Shown here piece by piece: positions 1 to 12,698 of a stretch of DNA of 64,000 nucleotides. The stretch lies in NCBI GenBank assembly GCA_964016885.1, contig OZ024742.1:299770001-299834000 (forward strand), given 5' to 3'. Source of the stretch: Eledone cirrhosa (Eukaryota). The notes under the pieces were generated by a model. The model ran no database searches and was not told the DNA's origin. It saw only the letters and a list, made by a program, of their open reading frames with translations. Made by a program: the position numbers and the translations under genes. Each line of letters starts with the position of its first letter. Position 1 is the first letter of the stretch.

Positions 1-686
1 GCCCGATGAGTCTCTTTGAACTATTGTAAACTTTTGTTCATTTCCGTAGTGCAATCTAATGTTCAGATATGACAGTTCTATGAAAGAGTTTTTTATGTGG
101 ATTTTGGCATATAATTACTTGCAAATCATTCATTAAATATCGTACTATATATTAAAGAGACGTGTTGTAGAAATATCCATATGTCCTTTGAATGCTAGGA
201 GAATCTAAAATGATTACTTTTACAACTGAATCAGATTCAAGATTAAGATCGCATTCACATGGAAATATAAAACTTTTCCTTATTTCTAAAAGACTTATTC
301 CAATAGAATTATCCACTACCTACATAGTTTAGATATAGAACTCTCATCAAAAGGAGGTTTAAAATCTCGGTTAAATTTTTTGAGCTTTCAAAGTAGTATT
401 TTGCCGAGAGAAATGAAATAGTTCTTTTACATCTCCCGGCTTATTATTGCTGATATTTTTGTTATTATTTTTTAGCTCCCGTATAGTCCCCATTGAAGTT
501 GCATTCAAAGGTGTTACAATAATGACATCCAGCTATTTTCTTTAAAATAAAATGTATTGTTTAAATACATTCGATAACTGCCTTACTCAATATACCCTTG
601 TTTCTTTTAATACTTCAGAACAGGATTTGAGAGAATTTGATAGTTATTTTTAACAGACTAAAGTCTAAAGTCTGTCTTAAGATAGA

Positions 687-906
687 TTTCTTTATTTACC
701 ATAAAGGCATAAAAAGAAGGGACAAATACAAAGGGGGAGTTTACATATAATCGAGTAAAAAGGGTGTAACATGAAAATAATCGAAAATAACCTCAAAAGG
801 GAGGGGACGTGATGGGGGTTGCACACACCCCCGAAAAAGTGTGCAATCCTTTGCCCGGGGAGCACATGGAGAAGGTGTTCCCCTCTCCTTTACTTCTTTA
901 CCTACA
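687..906 (-). mobile_element. 5'-truncated 3' end of an L1/Tx1-clade LINE with 20-bp target-site duplication
   Basis: AAAGTCTGTCTTAAGATAGA occurs at 667-686 and 907-926. The insert matches the 3' UTR of the LINE at about 50330-50570 (GGGACAAATACAAAGGGGGAGTTTACATA; GCACACACCCCCGAAAAA.TGTGCAA). Confidence 0.8.
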
Positions 907-927
907 AAAGTCTGTCTTAAGATAGAA

Positions 928-1155
928 GGCTCGTTAGGCTTATACCGGTTTCATGGTGTGAAGCAACTGAGAGTACAGTGCATCGTAGGGTTAAACCCCC
1001 AGCTATTACTGGTACTCATTTTCAGTTGTGTATACTGGAGCAACGTGAAATGAAGTGTTTTTTCTCAAGAACACGACACACAACCCAGCCTAGGAATCGA
1101 ACCCACGGATTATGATCATAAATCCAACACCCTTGCCACTAAGCCACGCGCCTCC
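928..1155 (-). mobile_element. tRNA-derived SINE, family B
   Basis: Minus strand has an A-box-like GTGGCTTAGTGG and a B-box GGTTCGATTCC, then GTGTTCTTGAG...CACTTCATTTCACGTTGCTCCAGT shared with the copies at about 48837 and 58112. Confidence 0.7.
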
Positions 1156-1852
1156 AAATTTTTAACAGACAATGTGGTAAATTGGCTGGGTCTTAGAGCA
1201 TCGATTTAAATGGCTTGGTATTTGTTCCAGTTCACTCGCTTTGAGTTCACCGAGGTCAGCATTGCCTTTCATCCTTTTTGCTGGATCGATAAAGTATTAG
1301 TCAAGGGCAGTAGATTAGCGGAACTGTTAAAGAATTGGACAAAATGATTTGCGATATATCTTCTGGCTCTCTGCATTCCAAGTTCAAATCCCACTTCGTT
1401 CTTTTTTCATTTCCTTTATTTTTTTTCTAAATATTCTCCTTCGCTCGTCTCATTTTATATTATATTCTACACGAGTTTCAGCTTCCTCTGAGAATCTCCA
1501 TAGTAACGAAAGGTTACTTCTGACTTCAGATAATATTTTCTTATATCCATGATGATTCTTCACATATTTTGTTGTTGTACATATCTAGCAAGTAACTTGT
1601 CACCATAAAGCAATAATCTCGCGGAAAAATCATTTTAGCCATTCAAAACGTCTTGAGAACTGCACTTTATATTTATAGTTTTTTTTTTCTTGGTATCAAG
1701 GTTTTAGTAGCTCTATTTTCGAGTGGAATTTGACACTAGGAAATAATTGATAAATGTAAAGTTAATAGATCTTGTGAGTTTTTCAATAGCTAAAATGATT
1801 CTTCGACGCTGAAATTCTTTTTCATGTATAATATAAACATAATATTACATTT

Positions 1853-1883
<31 letters not shown>

Positions 1884-1928
1884 GTGACGAAACAGAAGTC
1901 AATTGCATGAACTCATAATCCTTTATTT

Positions 1929-1984
1929 ACTGCTATATATATTTCGATGATAGCCATTGAATGGCTATGACCTCATCAGGCAGT
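1929..1984 (-). ncRNA. Minimal type I hammerhead ribozyme motif
   Basis: Minus strand: ACUGC-CUGAUGA-[GGUCAUAGCCAU UCA AUGGCUAUCAUC]-GAAA-UAUAUA-UA-GCAGU. Stem I is a perfect 5 bp, stem II is 12 bp with one C-C mismatch, and stem III is palindromic. Confidence 0.85.
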
Positions 1985-2144
1985 TAGTCAGTCCTTAGAT
2001 ATGCCGGCTCTGTGTTTATAGTGTTGATGGTATCAGAGCCTTGGTATATATATATATATATATATATAATTGGTGTTGGATGTTTAGAGTGTCCGAATGT
2101 GGTAGGCCGTATGAGCACTCGATGCCCTCATAGAGCAGAGTATG

Positions 2145-2312
2145 ATATCACAGAAAAAAGAGAACCAGTGTTGCGACGAAAGGAATTTATTGGACATATT
2201 ACAATTGTTTCTCGGGCGACCAGCTCGAAGCACAATCGATGTGGTGATCAAACCTGACTCTGTAATATGTCCAATAAATTCCTTTCGTCGCAACACTGAT
2301 TCTCTTTTTTCT

Positions 2313-2319
<7 letters not shown>
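2145..2319. repeat. Fold-back inverted repeat with about 59-bp arms, ending at (TA)n
   Basis: 2145-2203 is the reverse complement of 2261-2319 with one mismatch. Confidence 0.9.
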
Positions 2320-2368
<49 letters not shown>

Positions 2369-2497
2369 TATATATAAGTATGTGTACGTACATATATATA
2401 TGTGTACAGACGTACAGTAGTATGTATATATATACTGTACATGTATACATATACTATATATACATATGTATATATATACATACTACTGTACGTATGT

Positions 2498-2585
2498 ACA
2501 CCTATATGTATGCACATATACATACTTATATTTAGGTATCAGCCGTACTAAGAGTGAGAAATGAAATTTCGTTTCATTCTTTTCC

Positions 2586-2675
<90 letters not shown>

Positions 2676-2772
2676 TATATAAATGGAAAAGAATGAAACG
2701 AAATTTCATTTCTCACTCTTAGTACGGCTGATACCTAAATATAAGTATGTATACGTACATACATATAGGTGT
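2498..2772. repeat. (TA)n-centred inverted duplication with about 90-bp arms
   Basis: 2498-2588 mirrors 2682-2772 around a (TA)n tract. Confidence 0.9.
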
Positions 2773-3403
2773 TGTTTTCCATACAGTAACGGTTAAACTC
2801 ACATGTAATAATTCTTTACACACATCTCACTGTGTAACACACTTTTCTCTGTGTAATATATTTGTATTTGAGCTCAGTTGAAAATTCTATGTTCTTCTTT
2901 GAACTAATATTATTACTGTGAACTGCGGAATACTCTAATTCCGATCCTTGTATAATTAACGCGCTCCAAATTGTTGAGCTAATAAATTCGAATGTTTGGG
3001 CTGCTCTCTCTAGCATTTTCCCCAATTCATGAGAGCCGTTATTTGATGCAAATAACACGTGTTTTCGCCCTGCTCTGGGCAGCGTGTATATTTGCGTTCT
3101 CTCTTTCCATTAGGCTAGATGTGTAGCGAACAATTCCACACTTGCTGACTGAGGAACCTGTGGACTTTTACACTACACATTTCAGTGGCGAAACGAAATA
3201 GATTCGTATCAGCAAGCTTATAGTTATAAGGTTGGTAATTTAAAACTCTACTTCGGAGATTTGATTCTGACTTAGTGTTCTTTCTATTTAATTGCCAAAC
3301 TGTAGGTGTTGTTTTCCATACAGTAACGGTTAAACTCACATGTAATAATTCTTTACACACATCTCACTGTGTAACACACTTCTCTCTGTGTAATATATTT
3401 GTA

Positions 3404-3404
<1 letters not shown>
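2766..3404 (+). mobile_element. Terminally redundant non-coding mini-element (102-bp direct repeats) ending in (TA)n; pseudo-LTR-like
   Basis: 2766-2867 is nearly identical to 3303-3404 (period 537), and the 3' copy runs into (TA)n. Confidence 0.6.
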
Positions 3405-3449
<45 letters not shown>

Positions 3450-3453
<4 letters not shown>

Positions 3454-3583
3454 GTTGGACAGAAGTTTGTCGCCGTTTTCAAATTTTTTATTGACTTTGG
3501 CATTTCTTAACATTAGGAAAATTTAACAAGTCAGAATAATCACCGCCTCATCTTGAAAAGCGGTGCGAACTTACTAACTAACC

Positions 3584-3586
<3 letters not shown>
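3450..3586. mobile_element. Probable mariner-type MITE inside (TA)n
   Basis: Imperfect inverted ends TTAAGTTGGACAGAAGTTTGTCGCCGTTTT and AAAAGCGGTGCGAACTTACTAACTAACCCTG, flanked by TA. Confidence 0.4.
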
Positions 3587-3657
<71 letters not shown>

Positions 3658-4131
3658 TTAAGGATACTATTTATGGTTATGTATATACTAAAACTTTTTA
3701 TAGTTATATATATATTTTAAACAATGAAAGTCAGTAATTTCTTACTACCTTATTACCAGTAAGATAAATAGCTCAATGTAATAACATCAGTTGTTCTACA
3801 GAGCAGTTATGTAGAATTTTAATTTAATTTTAATTTAATTTGAATTGTATTTTAATTTTAATTGTGCTTTAATTCTGTTTTAATGTGATTTTGTTTTTGA
3901 ATTTAAATTGCCATTCAGAAATAATATAATATATGTCACCCCACTGTACATCAATATATACATATGTATCTGTATGTCTCTTGCGTTGGAAAGGAGGTCA
4001 TGTATGTGTACAAACATTGAAAAATGCTCCGAAGACTCCAAGCCTCGGTTTTGTAAGCGAATAAATGCTTTGAACATAGCTTTGATTCCTGTGAATTATA
4101 TATATATATATATATATATATAATTCCTGTG

Positions 4132-4193
<62 letters not shown>

Positions 4194-4229
4194 AAATTAA
4201 CAAAGTCAAATTATTTTTCATATTCATAC

Positions 4230-4353
4230 CATTGCTTTACGATCGTTTCGGATCGATCATATTCACATATTGTCTGAGCTATAGCAGTTATATAACTGTA
4301 TATATCAGATCTCATATATAGGTTCGATCAGGCCGTCTTCTTCGGAAACAGTG
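4230..4353 (-). ncRNA. Hammerhead-like motif with CCGAAGA core and long stem II
   Basis: Minus strand: CACUGUUU-CCGAAGA-[about 90-nt hairpin]-GAAA-CGAUCG-UA-AAGCAAUG. Stem I pairs 7/8, stem III is palindromic, and the motif is 45 nt from (TA)n. Confidence 0.45.
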
Positions 4354-4627
4354 AAGTTAGAATCTTTATTGGTAGTATATAAACAGGATAGATATAAAAA
4401 TAGATATAGCATATAAATACATGTTCCAGATTACCTCCTTAGATTGATACTAGCCGGGGGAGAAGAATAGTGGAATTCTACGCAAAAATGTCATTTAAGG
4501 TCGCTAAGTGGGTGAATACCAGTGCAAAGACAATGAATAAGAAGATGGGTAGGAGGGTAGATAGGAAGAGATGGAAGAGGTGGTAAGAGCAGTAGGCGAA
4601 GAAGAAGAAGGTGAAGAGGTATACCAC

Positions 4628-4679
<52 letters not shown>

Positions 4680-4954
4680 GTTTTGCTCGAGAACATAATG
4701 TAGTGCCCGGTCCGGCATTCGAACTCACAACACACAAAAACAAGATGGTGTAGGACAGAGCAAAGGAGAGACACAAAATAGAACTCCACTCACTGAGGAG
4801 GTCACAGAATGTGTGACAAAAGAACTTTGATAATACATAAACAACCATCCGATTATCGAACCAACCAGCCAACCGGAAATTTATAATAAATTGAAGTGAA
4901 AACCAGCAGGTGCGTGTGTTTTTATTGGCAACATAACCCTCCCAAAATATAACA

Positions 4955-5114
<160 letters not shown>

Positions 5115-6958
5115 GTGTGTGTGTGTGTGCGTGCGCGCATATATATCTATACATATATATATAATTCGATCTACAAACATTCTGAAAGTGAACAGGGTAA
5201 ATATTAATGTCGAATTCATGCTCAAGGGCAGCAATTTCTTTTGGAGAGAAATGTTGATTGAATAGACACCAGTGCCTGGATAGTACTTTACTTGACAGAC
5301 CCAACGAAAGTTGACCTCAATAGCATGTGAACTCAGAAAGTAATCAGCCTTAACTAAATGCCGTAAAGCATTTTCTTCCATGCTCAATCGATTCTGTCAA
5401 TTCGTCACTTCTTTGACTAAATGCAGCTCACCCATGACTATCCTATAATATTCGCAAAATTCCTAAATCCATGAAACTTACAATTTATCAAATACCATGC
5501 GAAATATTTCTCCTACATCTCACCAGATTTATTCATCTTTTTCAGTCTAATCTCAAATAGACACGATCGAAAATCGATTGTTGAGCAAACAAATTGAGAA
5601 TAAATTATTCGTAAACCCAATTGTAAATCATAACTGCTCCTCAATTGCATATATATGTTTATCTATAAGTAAATATCTATACAAATTCAATCAGTAAACA
5701 TCGGATTAGTTGAAATACTAGATCAAGCTAGTCTCTTCATAATATCTACTTTGGCGCCTCATGTTTCTGGTTACGTGTTGCTCGGGAGTTCACTTTGACT
5801 TTTTAATATCAGATCAATGTAATGAAAACAAGTACTAGAGTGTGAGAAAATCATTTTATAAACATTCCCTCAAACTTGATGGTAATTATTATAGTTTATT
5901 ATCATGAGATAACTGTGGAAGTTGATGGTCTAATGGTTAGGGTATAGGGATCACAATCATAAAGTCTTAGAGGTCGAATCCCAGAAAGTGAGTAGCAGCA
6001 GCTGCTGCAGCAGAGTGCTGGATCTGAAACAAACTTGCGAAGTCATGTACTCTCAATCTCTTGACACCAGAGTAAACTAAAATAAGCTCCAGCCTTTTCC
6101 CAAATTATACAAGCATGGGAAAACAGGCATAAAAAAGACAACCGTCTCTTGTTCTCTCTCTCTTTCTCGCTTTCTCTCTCTCTCTCTTATTCTCTCTCTC
6201 ACTCTTTCTCTTCCCTTCTCTCTCTTACACACACACACTCTATCTCCCCCTCTCTCTCTCTTTATCTCTATCTGTCTATCTATGTATCTATCTCTATCTC
6301 TCTCATAAAATAATTCTCATTTTCTTTCACTTCATATTTCGGCTTTGCTCCATTCTAATTAATATTTTCTAATATGAACAGAAAGATTTCAATTTTTGGG
6401 GGAAAGGTACAGTTGATTAAATTGACCCTATCATTTCAGTGGTGCTTTATTTTATGGACCCTGACAAAATGAAAGACATACAGTTTTCGTCTTCTCAATT
6501 TTTTCACTCAGAAGGATTTAGCCAATCTGAAGGTATGACAAAGATCCTAATCCAAGGTAGCACACAGCGATGAAACCTGGAGCCTCTTGAATGAGAAACA
6601 AACGTTCTAACTACTCAGCCATATATGTGTTTATATATCTGTAATGTGATAGTAAGAATTATGATTTCTTGCATTTAAAACTATAAATATTTGTACAATA
6701 TTAAAAGAAATACTGAACTTAAATAAGATAATATTTCATCCGGAGAACAATTATATAGAAGAGGTGATATAGTTTCGCGTAAAAAAAATGCTGGATTTCA
6801 TCAGTATAAAGATGATAGCTTTCCATGAACAGCACAAAACATTTTAATGTTATTTGAGTTTATTTGATACTTTTAAAAGTCTAAATTACAGATTAAAATG
6901 TCTCGAATGGATTGAATTCTTTTAAATAGAAAATAGCAAATCAATAACTTTATTATTG

Positions 6959-7400
6959 AGAGCGGTGGATTGGCAGTTTCCGTAGAGTGCCAGAAAACAT
7001 GCTTTGCAGCATAGAGTTACGGCCCTTTATGTTTTGAGTTCAAATCCCGCCGAAGTTAGCTTTGCCTTTCATCCTAACGGGGTCGATAAAATAAAGCACC
7101 AGTAACATACTGAGGTCGATTTAATTGATTTTGCCCTCTCCTAAAATTGCTGGCTTTGTACCTATAGTAAAAATTATTATTAAGGGCGGCGGAGTGGCAG
7201 TATCGGAAGAGCGTCGGACAATATGCTTTGCAGTATAGAGTTACGGCCCTTTACGTTCTGAACTCAAATCCCGCCGAAGTTAACTTTACCTTTCATCTTA
7301 ACAAGATCGATAAAATAAAGCACCAGAATACACTGGTGTCAATTTAATCGACTTTCCACTCCCTTCTAATTGCTAGCCTTGTGCCTAAATCAGAAACCAT
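6959..7400 (+). mobile_element. Two tandem copies of tRNA-derived SINE family A (Nin/Deu-domain-like core)
   Basis: GGCGGTGGATTGGCAG head, GAGTTCAAATCCC B-box, and GCCTTTCATCCT..GGGGTCGATAAAATAAAG.ACCAGT core. Confidence 0.8.
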
Positions 7401-7582
7401 TATTATTATTATTAGTTATTATTAAAAGTACCAGTAATGTACTGGGTAATTGCTGGCCTTGTGCCAAAAGTAGAAACAATTATTATTATTTTTATTTTTA
7501 TTGCGTGTCACTGCATTACCGAGTACAGATTTGTGCACCTTAAGTACATGCAGTCTGTGTGTGTGTGTGTGTGTGTGTGTGC

Positions 7583-7623
<41 letters not shown>

Positions 7624-7689
7624 GGTGTGTGTGGAGGGGGGGGGGGTTCTTTAGTGGAGTTGATTCTGTTGTATTGAGAGTACTAGTGT

Positions 7690-10320
7690 TGTTGTGTGTA
7701 TGCTGTATATATTTGTAATCCTGGGGTTTGGGTTATGTATCTGTCTGTGATTTTCTTTTATCATTCCCAGAGGACCTATTATTATATGGATTGTTTCTGT
7801 TTTCATTATCCACATTCGGTTTATTTCTATTTGTATATCTTTATATTTGGTTAATTTCTTCATTTCCATGGGAAATGTGTTGTCGCCGGTGGGTATCAAT
7901 TAAGGAACAGATTTTGTCTTTGACTATACTATCCGGTCCGTTGGCTTTGACCTGGCTGTGTATGGTTGCTTTGTCATTCTCCAACACCTTTTGCTGGTGT
8001 GTGTCTGTTCCATATTTTCTGTTTGTATTTTGTAGTGTGGGAATGCTTTCCAGTGTATATATATATATATCCCAACTAGATCATGTCTGTGGACATATTC
8101 CTTAGTGGTTAAGACTGGACAGTCAGACTAAGACTGGACAGTCAGACTAAGACTGGACAGTCAGACTAAGACTGGACCTCAACATATGCTGCAGTTATGT
8201 GTTCAGCTTCATTATGTACTTCTGGTGGGGAAGTTTTGACCTAGTGTTGTTATTAGAAATCCTTCTGTCTCGGTGTTTAGTTCAGTGCTTTGTAGCCAGT
8301 TCTGTGGGTTTTACTTGTCTACTTCTCTATTCGACTTTTTGTGTATTGGTCATGTAAGAGTTTTTCTTGCCATCGTTCTAGAATGGCATTCTCGAGGTCT
8401 GCTTTTCAATTTCGATTTTATGGTATTTTACAATTTCTTTATTTTCATTAACCTCATAATTATCTCTCAAGTAAACTTCAGTTTGGAATTCGTTGGCTTC
8501 CTTGGAAACAGAAAACAATTTGTTTGCTTTGTTCATGTTTCGCAACTGTTTCTTTAATTTACCTTCGTTCTTCATTAGATAATTTTGTAGAGCCTCAGTA
8601 GTTATTTTATAATAGTTATCTTGTTGCATAAGGACTCTTCCTCCTTGTGTTTGTGGAAGATGTAATCTTTCTACATCTGATTTTGGATGATGTATTCTAA
8701 ATGCTGTAATTATTTTTCTTGTTTTCTTTTGTTTGTTTTTTTTTTTTTTTTTTTTTTGTGCGGCGATTGTCTATTCATGCTGGCTCTTTTAGTTTTCAGT
8801 TCAGGATATTCAAACTGTATCTTATTACTCGGATCGCTAGAGGATTGATGTCAAATAACTTATTCTTTGTATTTAGTTTTCTATTAAGTAGTAATCTACT
8901 CTGTCTATATTATTCCTTTCTAATATTTTCCTTTATCTGTATGTGTATTGAACTCTGTCTAGTTAGTTGATTCCTAAGTATTTGTATGTCTGTGTTTGAT
9001 CTAAATCTCTTATCACAGTTTCTTTATCTAGCATAATATTACTGATTTTCATTAGTTTTCCTCTCTTCAAAGTTGCCTTGGAACATTTTTCTAGTCAAAT
9101 TTCATATCTATTTCTTTTGTGAATCAATGTACTCTCTGTAGTAGTGTTTCAAGTTGTCTCTTGTTTTCAGCATACGGCATTAGATCATCTATATACAGGG
9201 AATGGTTAATTTTCTTGTAGCATTTATATCCCAGTCCAGTTCTGTTTAGTATTTCAGATAATTTTATCAGTGCTAAGCAGAAAAGCAGTGGTGGTAGGGA
9301 GTTCGCTTCAAATATCCATCTGTTCATTACGATGGGCTCAGTTTTTATAGTTCCATCCTTCGTTTGTAACTGCAGAACTGTTTGCCGCTTGCTCATGGCA
9401 TGCTTGATAAATGTTTTTATTATTTGTGCTACATTGTTAATGGCTAGTGTGTTCAGTATCGATGTGAGGAACCCTGTCAAATACCCTCTGGTAGTCAATC
9501 CATGCAATCCTGATATTTTGGTTTTGGTTTTTCTGACGTTCTTGATTATGACTTTATTGATTAGCAGCCGGCCTTTAAAGCCATATCCGACTTTGCAACA
9601 TCCTTTCCTTCGTCAAGAAGCAGATTTTTTGTGTGTGTGGGGGGGGGGGGGGGGGGGGGCTTAGTCATTTTCTGCGACACTATTGAAGTTAAAGTTTTGT
9701 ATGTAATAAGAAGGCATGTTATGGGCCTGTAGTTTTGAGGATTTGCTGTGTCATGATTCTTGGGGATCAGGGTAGTTTTTAGTTTAGTGAGCCAGTCACG
9801 TGTCTTTATTTTTCTGGCTCTGTCAACATCTCATGAAACTTTTTTGCAAGTACACCATGTCTCCCTGTTAAATATTTCAACCAAAAGTTTGGGATCTTAT
9901 TATGTCGCGTTGCCTTCCAGCTGCTTGATTTATTTTCAGTGTGCTAGCCACATCATCTATGGTAATACCTTCCCACAATTGTTCAACTTCTGTGTTCGTT
10001 GTTCTTGCTAATTCTGTGCATGGGAATCTTCCATCTCCTTCTCTTCCACTTCTTTCACTTTCGAGGCTATATTTACTTCTATTTTTTGCTATTAAGTTTC
10101 TGATAGAGTCGGTTTGGGTTCGAATGAAATATCTGGTTTTGTTCAAAAACCTTTTGGTGCTTTTCATATCCGGATCCTTTGTGACTTTGACAAATATTTG
10201 TTGTTTTAGGCATTCCTTAGTCTCCGAAATTTCCTTTTCTGTTATATTATATTTCTTTAGAATTTTTATGTTCATTCCTATTTTAGTTCAGTTGTTTTCT
10301 TTCCTATTTAATTGAGAGGT
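7690..10320 (-). pseudogene. Decayed R4/Dong-type non-LTR retrotransposon (RT plus restriction-like endonuclease)
   Basis: Minus-strand peptides NSLPPLLFCLAL..LSEILNRTGLGY..KINHSLYIDDL (RT) and KLTKYKDIQIEINRMW..TIHIIIGPLG (RLE C-terminus), with many frameshifts. Confidence 0.8.
8110..8177. repeat. 19-bp tandem repeat, about 3.5 copies
   Basis: (TAAGACTGGACAGTCAGAC)n. Confidence 0.9.
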
Positions 10321-10379
10321 CTTTTCTTTTATTCTCTATCTTTTTTTCACCCTACACTCAGAGTAATTTCCTAATTTCT

Positions 10380-10740
10380 CATTTCTCTTTTCCACGAGAT
10401 AGGTATCACTGGACAGGCTACATTAATTATAAATCCCTTATTTGCCGTTTTCTCAATCATTACTACAACGTCAGGCCATCTTTGATTGATCTCTCTATCC
10501 GTTTGAATGTTCATATCCCACAATATTTTAACACTTTCGTTTTTTTACCACAGATTCTGGTTTGTGCTTGTACCATGTTTCAACATCAATGCCATATTTC
10601 TTGCACAATATCCAATGCAGATTAACACAAACCTTGTCATGCCTTCTTTTGTATTATTTTTGTCTTAATGTTTCACAACTACTGACAATATACAACATAT
10701 TCTCCTCATGAATCCCTCACGATCTACATTTGTTTGACAC
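10380..10740 (-). pseudogene. Second R4/Dong-type RLE fragment
   Basis: Minus strand reads KRRHDKVCVNLHWILCKKYG..WYKHKPESVV..VKILWDMNIQTDREINQRWPDVVV (RHD and PD motifs). Confidence 0.75.
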
Positions 10741-11049
10741 ATCTATTTTTATTATTTTATGTTTATCTTTCGTTTGATTTCCATTCTATTTCATCTTCCA
10801 GTCGGGTCTCAGAGACCTAAGACACGTATACATTAGATGGAAAGTTATCATTACTGTTATTAATCTTCGAAACTTCCTTTGAATTCTGCTTCTTTCCCAA
10901 ATCATGCCGAATGTCAATCTGACACCTGAGACAACATTTCATAATACACACATTTTACACTCAATTGTCATATACAAATGATACCATAAAGACATAAACA
11001 ACAGTAAATGTCTTTGCAAGGTATTTAAATTGATAATGCCCTTCTTAGG

Positions 11050-11275
11050 ACATGGAGAATGTCAGTCAGCACTATTTTCTGTAATTCTTGCAGAGATGAC
11101 TTTCCGGGTATCCGGTCCAATTATTGTTCGGTCCCCTTTTTTTTATCATTCCAAGTGCACCGACTATCACTGGTATTGTACAGGCCTTAAGATGCCACAT
11201 TTTCTCAATTTCAATTGATAGATCTTTATACTTTCTGAGCTCTCCGAACTCTTTCGATGAGATGTTACTATCTGA
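11050..11275 (-). pseudogene. Third R4/Dong-type C-terminal fragment
   Basis: Minus strand reads RKYKDLSIEIEKMWHLKACTIPVIVGALGMIKK. Confidence 0.7.
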
Positions 11276-11504
11276 TGATTTGCTCAGAACCCGGAATCAC
11301 GTGGTAACAAAGCGAAATTGTTATCTAAACGAACATTTGTGTACTCATTTTTCATCTAACCTTTTTATTTCGTTTCTTATAAGTCCTTTTCTGGTTTTAT
11401 CCCTATCTAACCTTTTTTGCGCTGTATTTAGTTCCTATAGTTTATTTATATATAAAGAAAGGATTTATCTTTTATTGTGTGTTGTTTGTTTTTTTCAGTA
11501 TATA

Positions 11505-11875
11505 CTTTCGGGTCTCAAATAATTGGGAGAGGTGTTGGAATAAGGGTGAAGAATCGATAATTTTCTTGGTTGTCCCCCTTGATTATTATTTTTTTTAAAT
11601 TAGTCGTTTAATTAACATATTGACATCTCAACCCATCCTATTTATTTTATAACGTATGGGATTTTTTTTTTTTTTTTTGTATAATGTTTTTTAATGTCAA
11701 AAGAAAATTAATTGTCGCAGGAATGCTACCACTTAAATAAAATTTCGCCGGCGATAGATTAGCAAAATTTAATATTCAGGAGGGTTAGAGTAGAATATGA
11801 GTGGGTGGGGGTTGGAAAAAAATCTGAAAAAACTAATAAGCGGTGGGACAGGGACAATTATTCGAGACCCAAGAG
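11505..11875. mobile_element. Tc1/mariner-superfamily MITE
   Basis: TA|CTTTCGGGTCTCAAATAATT ... AATTATTCGAGACCCAAGAG|TA, an imperfect 20-bp TIR with TA TSD. Confidence 0.7.
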
Positions 11876-12036
11876 TAATAATCGGTCAGCGTTGCATAGC
11901 AAATCAGATTTCTAGACAATGTAGCTATTTTGCAAGTATTCTCATTTTGTATAAAATATGGTATTAATATGAAGAGACTCCTCTTATACATGTTTGGCAT
12001 ATGTTTGTTTGCGTTTAGTTTTCATCATTTCTGTAT

Positions 12037-12698
12037 GTTGCTTATTATTAGTTTCATAGGGCGGTGGATTGGCAGTATCGGTAGAAGGTCGGACGCCATG
12101 CTTTGCAGCATAGTTACGTCCCTTTACGATCTGAGTTCAAATCCCGCCGAGGTTGACTTTGCCTTTCATCCTTACGGGGTCGATAAAATAAAGTACCAGT
12201 AATGCACTGGGTAATTGCTGGCCTTGTGCCTAAAGTAGAAACAATTATTAGTTTCATCATTGAAACTAATAATTGTTTCTATTTTGGGCACAAGGCCAGC
12301 AATTATACCAGTGCATTACTGGTACTTTATTTTATTGACCTCGTAAAGATGAAAGGCAAAGTTAACCTCGGCGCGATTTGAACTCAGACCGTAAAGGGAC
12401 GTAATACTATGCTGCAAAGCATGGCGTCCGACCTTCTACCGATACTGCCAATCCATCGCCCTTATCATTGAAATTAATAATAAGCAACTTACTATAAGGA
12501 CTTTGGATTGGCAGTATCGGTAGAGGGTCGGACGCCATGCTTTGCAGCATATAGTTACGGCCCTTTACGATCTGAGTTCAAATTCCGCCGTGGTTAACTT
12601 TGCCTTTCATCCTTACAGGGTCGATAAAATAAAGTACCAGTAATGCACTGGGTAATTGCTGGCCTTGTGCCAAAAGTAGAAACAATTATTAGTTTCAT
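12037..12698. mobile_element. SINE family A cluster: tail-to-tail palindrome (12037-12488) plus a third plus-strand copy
   Basis: Copies at about 12059-12256 (+), 12261-12462 (-) and 12496-12698 (+). Confidence 0.85.

Noticed and set aside
1075-1155. tRNA gene-like A/B boxes (also about 58112 and the SINE A heads)
   Set aside because: There is no complete cloverleaf, and the sequence continues into multi-copy SINE bodies.
8110-8177. 19-bp direct repeats as CRISPR or iterons
   Set aside because: Head-to-tail duplication with no spacers inside a dead retrotransposon.
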